A stretch of DNA of 64,000 nucleotides, from NCBI RefSeq assembly GCF_006345805.1, contig NC_043005.1:69688001-69752000 (forward strand), given 5' to 3'. How positions within the stretch are numbered: position 1 is the first letter of the stretch; the number at the start of each line of letters is the position of its first letter. The stretch is from Octopus sinensis. Its lineage: Eukaryota. Below are positions 53,581-64,000 of the stretch, piece by piece. The position numbers were made by a program, and so were the translations under genes. The notes under the pieces are model-generated. The model worked only from the letters and a program-made list of their open reading frames with translations, did no database searches and was not told the origin of the DNA.

Positions 53581-55313
53581 TGTGTGTGTGTGTGTGTGTA
53601 AACAAACACATATATACACATACACACACATATGTATATATACGTTTGTATTAACGAATGCATGATTATACAAGTATATATATGTAATTGTGTGATATGT
53701 GCGAATTTATATCTGAACGTATTTACATATGTGTGTTTGTATTTAGGCAGATATACTCGTGTTCTTTCTGTTTAGCAATTGTGATCTATTTTGTATCTAA
53801 TAAAGCAGATTTCTTTTTTGCAACTTTGTTTTCCTTTAGGCCGGCACCATTATCTGTCATTGTAAGAGAAAAATAATCATTAAGTATCTTCACACACTAA
53901 AATTCTAACTGCTGCACCAATTACTGGAGTGTTATATTATCTATAGTATCCTCAAACCATATCACCACGTCTATTAAATACTATAGTATTTTTTCAGTAA
54001 TTTCAATTGTTTACGCACACAAACACGCTGTTATGCATACACATACGTAAGTTTCGTTTTAGGCTCATTAGTATCTCAAGCGAAACACGAAAGAGAAAAG
54101 AAAAACAGAAACGGACAATGCTTGTATGCATATTTTCTCGCCTCTACTAAAATATTTATCCTGCTCACTACGTTGACGCGTGCAGAATAGGGTTTAGAAT
54201 AGGAAAAAGTGCAAGTAAGTATATATAAAATTCGACTAAAATTGTAGACAGACAGAAACACAATGGTTTATCGAAACAGAAGTCACAGAGATTAAGATGG
54301 ATTTCGAATAATAACGGCTTATTATTTTTACAACAGCGGAAATTTGAGCTTTGAACTTTTGTACTTCTTTTGTCTTCCCTCCTTTCATCTCCTTATTCCT
54401 TAACTCCTGTCTTCTACGTCGTCAATTCGTTAATCTATACATTTCTCATTTCCCTCTTTGTCTCTGATGTCCTCTCATGATAAATAACGCAGAATTCTGT
54501 CTTTACTCCAGTAAACTGGAGTTAAATATTACCTGTTGGTATTAATATTGCTTCTGTCACTGATTACTACTGTTTATTTCTTAACCCAATTTGTATTTGT
54601 GACGTCAATCGTTTAGCAGACACCAAGATTCTCTGTATTGCTGACGGGTTAGTCGTCTGCCTTGCGCAGCTGGACACCTGTGATTGACAAGGCGGTAATT
54701 GAGTGATTTGACAGTCCTGTAGGACGCGGCGGAATATTATTGCCCGTCAGCGATGTAATCGCGAAAACTTATATGCGCCATGGTCCATACGAGTGGCTCT
54801 ATCATTGTACATTCAGTGTTCTAATACTAGATTCAAGGATACGTTGCATCGTGTCAAGAGTTCAATTCTATTTTGATTTTATTAATAAAGTGTTCAGTCA
54901 TGAAGTATTATGTTGCTATGCGCTCGGAAGTACTTTTTCATCTTGTAGTGCGTGTGTGAGGTCGTGCCGCGTATACGTGTATATACGTGTATACACACAA
55001 CTATAACGATAATAAATATGTGTATACACACAATAATAACAATATTAACAACCAATTACCTCCCTTTATTGTTCTACTTGTGAAGTCATTCACTCGTGAA
55101 TTTCATCACACAAACATGGACCAAATTTCTTCTTAAGAAAAAATATATATTCAAATGAATAAAACATAATATCATGAATAGCGATAGCGAAACCGGTCGA
55201 TATATTAAAAATTATATTAAAACCATGTAAGTGTGCGTATTTTCCTTTTTTAATTTCTTATATACCTAACAACCCACCACGTGGGGATAATCGAAATTCC
55301 TTTTTTCTGTTAC

Positions 55314-55357
<44 letters not shown>

Positions 55358-55407
55358 TTATACATATGTCTATATATATATATATGTATACACACACACA
55401 CATATAT

Positions 55408-55464
<57 letters not shown>

Positions 55465-55774
55465 AGTGTAAATAAAATTAATGGTACATAGAGTTCCATC
55501 GATTAATACGTTCAAAAACATAACAAATGCTCAGATAAATAGAAATCAAGTACAAATATTCACCATATCCTTGTCAGTTATTAACCAGAGGGTAAAACGC
55601 AAATTCTGACCCTCAGACCGATAACTAATGAGGACTTGGTGAACTTCTATGTTTGCTTTCTGTTTGTTTCAAAAATTATTGTATATATTTTAGGTGCGCG
55701 TGCGGGTTTGTGTATGCATATGTTCGCACGTGTGTGTGCATATGAATGCATATGTGTCTATAAATACCCATATA

Positions 55775-55915
55775 TGTATACATGGTAAGAACGTTGCTTC
55801 TCACCTACATGGTTCAGGGTTTTTTCTCACAGCGTGGAACGTTGTGTACATGTATTCTTATATAGCCCCAGGACAATCAAAGCCTTGCGATTGGATTTGG
55901 TAAGAAGAAAGTCAA
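55775..55915 (+). mobile_element. SINE family A head fragment (decayed)
   Basis: TGGTAAGAACGTTGCTTCTCACCTACATGGTTCAGGG...AAAGCCTTGCGATTGGATTTGGTA. Confidence 0.6.
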
Positions 55916-56022
55916 ACCCATGGTATTATATATATATGTTTGCGTGTGTATGTGTGTGTGTGCATGTGTGTGCGTGCGCGTGTGTGTGTGAATACAATAT
56001 GTGACAATAATTCGGTAGCCAT

Positions 56023-56084
56023 TCTAAAACTCCGAGTTTCGGATGTCGGGCCGGAAACCCACGCCGCCATCTCTTCAGTTATCC
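56023..56084 (-). ncRNA. Hammerhead motif (family C), left arm
   Basis: GGATAA CTGAAGA GATGG..GACATCC GAAA CTCGGAG TT TTAGA: intact core, weakened stem I. Confidence 0.6.
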
Positions 56085-56121
56085 GGCCATAAAAAAAAAA
56101 TGGTATGAAATATCGATGGCC

Positions 56122-56183
56122 GGATAACTGAAGAGATGGTTGCCTGGGTTTCTGCCCTGACATCCGAAACTCGGAGTTTTAGC
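56122..56183 (+). ncRNA. Hammerhead motif (family C), right arm
   Basis: CTGAAGA 56128-34, GAAA 56166-69, CTCGGAG, TT, then TTAGC pairing with GGATAA (one mismatch). Confidence 0.6.
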
Positions 56184-56326
56184 ATGGTTACCAAATTATT
56201 GTCACATATTATATTCACAGATAAATCCCTCTATTTACATAATATCGAGGCCTCTTTCATTCTTTTGTTGTCTTACCTTTTCTATCAATATATATAAATA
56301 TATATATATATACATTTATATATATA

Positions 56327-56448
<122 letters not shown>

Positions 56449-58517
56449 TATATATATATTATATATATACACATTTATATATATTTATATGTGTGTGTGT
56501 GTGTGTGTGTGTTTGAAAGTGTACGTATAATTTTATGTAGGTGTTAGTGAGAGGATGTGTGTTCGGGTTTCCTTGTCTTGACATTGCATGGATAGATGTA
56601 AAATGATTGTCACATTTTTAAAAGCAGTTTCGTTTATTTTCCAGTATTTTACGAGACGATGCTTCGTCATTGGAAAATATTACCTGGCTTGAAAGCAGAT
56701 GGATTTTGTGAGAGGATATGTGTCTCTCGGTAGACAATCTGCCTCTAATAACTCCGCTAGTCAATGCAAACATGGAAAAGAAATATCAAGAGACGATGAC
56801 ATTGACGTCGATGAGGATGAAAGTGATGAAGATGATGATATAGTATGTGTGCTTGTGTATATAAATGCATGAGGAGTAATGTTTTAAGGCATTTAATGAC
56901 GCAATTATGCAAATATATTATCGTGTTATTTGGCAATAATAATTTATGTCGAAGATATCAATAAATATATACGACAGTGCAGGTTTCCCACATCCTCTGG
57001 TTTTTCCCATTTAATTCCTTGATTTGTTTCTATAAAACGTGGATCACTTAACAGAGTTTAATCCTCGCTCACTGCAATATACTTGAAATTGCCTGACATT
57101 AAACTTTATATGTGCTGGGGCTCTACAGGATCTGCAGATTTCAAGAAAATGGCAGAATAAATATATGATACTTAAGCTTCCACCCAGTCTTACGTATGTC
57201 TTACCTTTAATTACTTGTGAAGAAATGCCTCTTAAGAAGTCCAAGTTGACTTGATTTTTGTGGAGGTAGGCTGGAAAAGCTATATGGATTTTCAGTCGAT
57301 CTAATTTTGTGTTTATTAATGAACCCTTTAACCTTTCCACGATCGTGGGTGGTGCTGAGCCATTCTAAATTAGAATTTCACGAAGAGTAGGGACCGAAAC
57401 CGGACGTGGTTCCTCCTGATGATGTCGTGAGCTAACTGGATCCTATAAAGGAGTTGTTGTGATAGCAGACCAAGAAACACTGTTGAAATTCCTGTTAATC
57501 ACAGATATGAAACTATTTACATTTATTGTGCTTAGGTTAATAAACAACTACATATGAATACGTTGACCACAGCTTCAAAATAATCCCAGTGTTATTAATT
57601 AATAAGTAGAAATCATAGGTGATTGATGTGGATGAAATTTTTATTTAAGCTAACTGTACTTTTTTGATGACCACCAATAATTTGATGAGTCCAAAACAAC
57701 TGTAATGCATTTGACGCATGTTATTAGAAACAATATTACTTGTAATCGTATTAGAAACGATATCACTTGTAATGGGTTCTCAAATGTTGTGATGGCTTAT
57801 CTGATTAGATATCTGTTTGATGTCTGTAGATATTAAATTCCCCAAAAAGGATATTCGTCAAATAATTTCTCGTAAATATCCAATTAATTGAAGTTAAACG
57901 AAACAGTCTACTAAAACTCAGGCGTACTTCGGCTGTTGTATGTAAGTTCAAATTCGATTTCATGAGTCACAGAAATGCATAAGTCGAATAACACATCTTG
58001 TTCAAGCTTCAATGAAAAGGTTTGAAAATTACAACGCGTACTTATGTTGGGTAGAAGTATTCTTGTGTACGTCTGTTACTATGCGATGTAAGTATAGATG
58101 CTCTCACCCCTTCTTTCTTTCTTTGTCACTCTCCCTCCCTCTACCTCTGTCTCTCTCACCCTTTTAACCTAAAATATTTCAAAATATTTTGGAAGTCTGT
58201 ACCTGAGCAACGTCTGCCGTAATGGATGTTTTCCTATCAAAACCTACGCTCACGACAACGGGGCGTATAAAATGAGTTCGCAATATTATTATTTGGTTTC
58301 ACTTCCTTATTTCAACTTTTACTCGATGCCTGCACAACCTGGCCGGTGCATACTCTTCTTAGTCTACAACGATTTAGAATAACTTAATATATTTGAATTA
58401 AGTCGAAAATTCTAATACTGTGCACTTCTTCTTCCGCAAAACACAATTTTCAGTATGTGTATATGTATATAAATGTGTGCATGTATGTGTGTTTGTGCGT
58501 GTGTGTGTACATATATG

Positions 58518-58599
<82 letters not shown>

Positions 58600-59585
58600 C
58601 ACAAAGCTTGGATCAAAAGCATCCCGAAGGAATTTTGTTTAATCAAAAATAACTTATTCACCTAAGTTTTAATATCTACTTCGAAATACGAGTTATTGTG
58701 CGCAAAAATACACCGGTTCCAGCGTCCCTGCCACTTTTGGAATCCGGTCTAAAAGTCATTTTCCTTCAGTGATGCTCTTCCTGAATCTAGACAACAGTGT
58801 TAAAATGGCGACCTTAGAGCTACATTTTCATCTGGGGAAGAGATAGAAGTCCACAGTTATTAAATCTGGTGATTAGGGTGACTTTGGAAGCCGTAGCCTG
58901 TTGTTTTTGGCGAGAAACTCACGAGTTAGCAGGGCACGGTGGCAGGATGCATTGTCGCACGCTACTGAAAACATCCTGCACGAGCCATTGCCTCGTCGCG
59001 GAAATATTGCCGAAGTATTACGTATTGTCTCTTCCTTGTTCCTTCTCGAGCCATGCCTGGCTCATAAGGGCCGGTTTCCAGGTTTCCGCGACGTATAGGT
59101 TTCCCACCTGGGCAGAACGCCGGTCCGTCGCAGGTGAGCTGCAAGATGCAGGAGGAAAGAGTGAGAGAAAGTTGTGGCGAAAGAGTCAGCAGAAGTTCGC
59201 CATTAGCTTCTGCCGAAGCTGCGTGAAGCTTAGTTTTTTCGCTCATAAACACACACATCGCCCGGTCTAAGATTTGAACCTGCGATCCCTCGAATGCGAG
59301 TCCGCTGCTCTAACCATATGCCTCCTACGTATTGACTCTGTATCAGACGTACCAAGCTTAACGAAAGATTTCACATTGGCTCTCTGTTCCAGGTTCCTGC
59401 CCGTAAAAAACTCGCAAACGAGAGCATACAAGGGATTAGTTTGAAAAGTAGACATATGTATGTCACTCAGCACACTGCCACATGGTAATGACTGCTAGCT
59501 GTCACTGTACACACAACCATCTTCTGTGATCTGTTGACCTTCTAGACAACTAGTCCGAAAAATGTTTTGTTACCACTTCGTACGT
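58600..59585 (-). mobile_element. Decayed mariner, internally deleted
   Basis: Minus strand LEQRANVKSFVKLG (N-terminus) and DNASCHRALLTREFLAKNNRLRLPKSP*SPDLITVDFYLFP (catalytic region). The right end reads TACGAAGTGGTAACAAAAC, which is TIR-like. Confidence 0.8.
59259..59322 (-). mobile_element. tRNA-like SINE head nested in the mariner
   Basis: Minus strand GGCATATGGTTAGAGCAGCGGACTCGCATTCGAGGGATCGCAGGTTCAAATCTTAGACCGGGCG with A/B boxes. Confidence 0.7.
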
Positions 59586-59669
59586 ATATATATATACAAA
59601 CAGACAGACAGACACCCCTACATACGCACAGTTATATATGTATATATATATATATATATTATATATTAT

Positions 59670-59722
<53 letters not shown>

Positions 59723-59763
59723 ATTATATATATATATATATTATATATTATATATATATATAA

Positions 59764-59805
<42 letters not shown>

Positions 59806-61443
59806 TATTATATATATATATATATATATACATATTTATATATATATACACATGTGTGTATCTGTTTTTATGTATTAGAATTGGTATGTGCGACGTTACA
59901 TAAGTATATATATGTATATATGCACTGCGAAATATTTATACATAAAGCCATATTATCGTATGCGAGCTTATACATCCAATAAAAGATAAGGTCTAATAAA
60001 TATATGCTTAACCCTACAGTTACGTCAAAACGCAAACATGCGCACTGTTAGACACATATATATAGCCCACGCATACGTTATAAAACGACTCCAAATATAT
60101 AACATATAAAATATTCAAATATATAGTACGATACATGTATCGACACATACAACTATTTTCTAAATCATACATTCTATGAAAGCCGCAGGCAAACATAAAC
60201 AAATATTTGTAATTCTATATATGTATATATGCACACATATAGACACGAGCAGGCACATACATAAACACACACACACATATATATATATATATATTTATGA
60301 TATATATGTATGTTTCTATTGCCTTGCTTCTCTCTCTCTCTTACTCTCTCTCTCTAACTCTCGTGTTACGATCTTTGCTATGGTTCCCTTTCTCTATTCT
60401 AGGAAATCAACTGGAACATCAACGAATGCGCTGTATTAGCAGATTGTGCGATGGTAACATCCGCCTAATCAACAACGACGACGATTACAAATAGTGACAA
60501 TGGCGACATTATAAACAGGAATAATAGCCATGCCATTTACAATTCTGTCGTGGACATTTATTTGCTCGGGGTTGTTTTTGTTTGTACGCCACAGTGATAC
60601 AAACTTTATACTGGATAATGAAGTGAGAAAGTAAATAGAAATACGATGATGACGACGACGACGACGACGATGTTGATGATGACGATGTTGGTGATAATGG
60701 AGATGATAATGATGATGATGATGAAGATTACAATGATAAGAATAATAATAGACGTTGTAGAGTTTTACTACGAGAAAAAGTCTGTAGCAAAAATAGTCAG
60801 AGTTGTTATAGCCTCCTCTTGAGGTAATAATGTGGAAATTAGTGATCACAAAAAAAAAAAAAAACAGAATTACTGTTACCTTTTCTGAATTAGTTACATC
60901 CATATCAGAGACCGGAATCACTTTCGTACTCAGAGTTGGAAAAGCTGATAACAAGAAAAAGAGAGTAAATGATTTTCGATAGATATGCTATACGAACACT
61001 TGCGCTATGTGTGCCTCTCACTTGTATATATGCTGATTCGATCCGATATAATACATAGATGTACGTGTGAAATGGGTGAATAAGATATATATACATTTGT
61101 TTATGCATGGATTCGTGTGAATATAGCATGCATGGATTTGTGTACAAGAAGGTTTGTTATCAGTTACTACTCTAATACAATTTATTCGTGAGAAACGGTT
61201 TTGTTACGTAGACGTGTCAATATGAATAATGGATAGATTCACGTCTTCGAGTGTAATATTCTTTTGGAAATGTCCAATACAATATGCATTAAGTGTTTCA
61301 ATATATTCGGGCCATTAAGAAGCAGAAACCGTTTCTCCTAGTGTGTAGGGAGCCAATGCAATGAAATTAGTATATGAATATTAACAGACATAGCCATGAT
61401 ATGATATGATATATGATATGTGATATGTGATATGATATATATA

Positions 61444-61491
<48 letters not shown>

Positions 61492-61493
61492 TA

Positions 61494-61609
<116 letters not shown>

Positions 61610-61661
61610 TAGATAGATAGATATAAGGATAGATAGACAGACGTACATATATGTACAAACA

Positions 61662-61866
61662 TTTACTCTCTTTACTCTCTTTTACTTGTTTCAGTCATTT
61701 GATTGTGGCCATACTGGACCACCGACTTTAGTCGAGCAGATCGACCCCAGGACATATTCTGTGTAAGTCTAGTACTTATTATATCGGTCTGTTTTGCCGA
61801 ACCGCTAAGTTTCGGGGACGTAAACACACCAGCATCATTTGTCAAGCGATGTTGGGGGGGGGGTCA

Positions 61867-61906
<40 letters not shown>

Positions 61907-62056
61907 CATACATATATACGACGGATTTCTTTCAGTTTCCGTCTACCAAATTCACTCAAAAGGCTTTGGTCGGCCCGAGGTTCTAGTAGAAGTCATTTGC
62001 CCAAAGTGCCAAGAAGTGGGACTGAACCCGCAACCATGTGGTTGCTTAGCAAGCTA
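61662..62056 (-). mobile_element. SINE family A
   Basis: TTTACTTGTTTCAGTCATTTGATTGTGGCCATACTGGA...(CA)n...CCGTCTACCAAATTCACTCA...GGACTGAACCCGCAACCATGTGGTTG. Confidence 0.85.
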
Positions 62057-62100
62057 TGTGTATATACATACATAAATGTATATAATACATACATACACAC

Positions 62101-62149
<49 letters not shown>

Positions 62150-62160
62150 CGTCATATATA

Positions 62161-62922
62161 TACGTGGACTGTGTTTCATAGTAACAACTCTAACGTACGC
62201 AGAGTAAAGCCCTTTGGTACAGATTGACATGAACTCTGCTGTGCATGTGCACTAAGTTTTTGGGCTCTAGTTCACTTCAACTTTTTACACCAGTGCTTGA
62301 AACCTGTGATCATAGCATTGACCAAAAGTAAGTTGAGCAGATAATCAGCATTACATCTTGCCAACACCATGGCGATAGCTCGTCTGGGGCCTAAGCAAAG
62401 TTTTCAAAATTTGTTATCGTTCTATACACAACTGAACCCTGACTGTTTTTGTTGTCATATTAAAGCAGTTTTTGCACAAACTTGTCTGGTACGCGTCTCA
62501 AATATTTAGTGATAATTGAACCGTCACTAATCTGTACAGTTGCACGAACATGTGTGATGTTTTTCAAATTCTGCTGGTTGGGGGTCTGCCAGAGCTTTCA
62601 TCAATACCAGCACATTTTCAGCCATATTTGAAATTTGTGAACCATTCTCACACTTGGGTGCGGACCTTGCACCCCTGTCTATACAATTTCTATAAATTTG
62701 CGTGGGCATCTGAGCAGATATAGCCATGACAATTTTCTCTGTCGTAGTCAATGCGACGATCACACGCTACATACTTCCCTTCTAAGCACTGCTGTAAACA
62801 ATGGAAGTGAAGTAGAGCAATGAAACTTAGTGCGCATGCAACAGCGGGGTCCGAGGTCAACCTTCGCCAAGCGGCTTTAGTCTGCTTGCTTTACCTTCGT
62901 TACTATGGCAACAGTCTAAATA
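62161..62922. mobile_element. Old MITE with about 150-bp imperfect TIRs
   Basis: About 62161-62310 and about 62755-62922 are diverged reverse complements (GACTGT..CATAGTAAC; GCAGA.TAAAGCC; GCTGT.GCATG.GCACTAAGTTT; CACTTC; CAGTGCTT). Confidence 0.7.
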
Positions 62923-62950
62923 CTTATTGATCAGACCTTATATTCCATAT

Positions 62951-63005
<55 letters not shown>

Positions 63006-64000
63006 GTATTTTCTATGTATATAGCTACCTAGCTATGTATGTGATGATTATGAAAATTTAATGTACGTCAGCTGTAGCGCTGATAAACTTTCAGTATTTT
63101 GTATCTCCTACTGGCGTTCAGTAGTGGAAGAAAACAAATTAATTTAAGTAAGAAGTGAAAATGCATGACAGACGTTTCCCATCACTAAAGTGCCTCTTGC
63201 TTAGCAGAATTTCTCCCGTTGGTCACTCGGTGATTTAAAAATAACAAGAACTCCGTGCAATCACAACACTGCATGCTCTTTTATCCAGTAAAGCGTTAGC
63301 CAAAATTATTTATTTTTTCTTATCCATCGGGCATAATTATCCTATAAGAAACATACATATGTATGTAATTATATATGTGTGTGTCTTTGTGTCTTCGTGT
63401 GTGCATATGCAAGTATATACAAACATGTATACATATTTGTGTGCGTGTGTATGTGTGTGCGTTGTGCATTATGTGTGTGCGCGTACCTCTGTGTGTGTAA
63501 TACCAAAAGCGATTATTCGTTTGGTCTAGTTTCCAGAGAGTATTTGCTCGGTGCAATTGCCATCATTGTTGTTAGTTTAGTAGGTATGGAATCTAACGTT
63601 TACTCATATCTTCTAATGTTACAAAAACGTGTTGCTTAATTTCATATTTCAGTCTTGTTTAGTGTTTTAGAGACGTTGGTGCTTTACGTTCTTACTCTTT
63701 CTTTGATTTAAGCTCATAATTTAGATCCTTCTTTCGCTTGCAGCATTTTATCAGTACAGATATTGCAGCTAATTCCTTTCCACTGAGGAGTAATTTCGTC
63801 TTCAAATGTCCACCGTTATAAATAGATGTGTGAGGTAGATCAGGTCGGGAATGATTTCGAACATTTAATGATTCATTTTGTTTATGCGCGATACCCTGAT
63901 TGCTGTCCAAGAGACCTAGTGAACTTTCTGTAACTGTTTGTTATATTAGTCACTCACGTCTTGGACAAGATGACCGTTGTCAGACATAAACAGTACTAAC

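Larger units (their letters stand above)
55988..56290. mobile_element. Short HHR family C, copy 3: palindrome with 25-nt spacer plus tail
   Basis: Arms 55988-56090 and 56116-56218; tail 56219-56290 runs into (TA)n. Confidence 0.88.

Noticed and set aside
62527-62763. 78-aa ORF inside the 62.2 kb MITE
   Set aside because: No transposase or other motif recognised; partly overlaps the inverted repeat.

Overview
AT-rich, microsatellite-saturated, non-coding eukaryotic DNA. The SINE and repeat complement suggests an octopus or other coleoid cephalopod (inference from recognised repeat motifs, not a database hit). I find no supportable host-gene exon, RNA gene or CRISPR array. Nearly all listed ORFs are (TA)n/(CA)n artefacts; the rest are transposon remnants (R4/Dong and CR1 LINEs, several Penelope-like elements (PLEs), mariners, tRNA-derived SINEs, MITEs). 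The main signal is type I hammerhead ribozyme (HHR) motifs (stem I - CTGANGA - helix II - GAAA - palindromic helix III - NUH - stem I) in at least six sequence-unrelated repeat families. They sit in fold-back or tandem non-coding elements, and in every inverted arrangement the HHR-sense strands point away from the inversion axis. Best cases: a 576-bp twin-hammerhead palindrome (24536-25111); a 474-bp retrozyme-like tandem with an inverted junction-spanning copy (42861-44042); a three-copy short HHR family (16.9, 36.9, 56.0 kb); and a palindrome at 13625-14051. Several of these HHRs have unusually long (about 50-66 nt) helix II insertions. All alignments and folds were done by eye, so coordinates of decayed elements are approximate.
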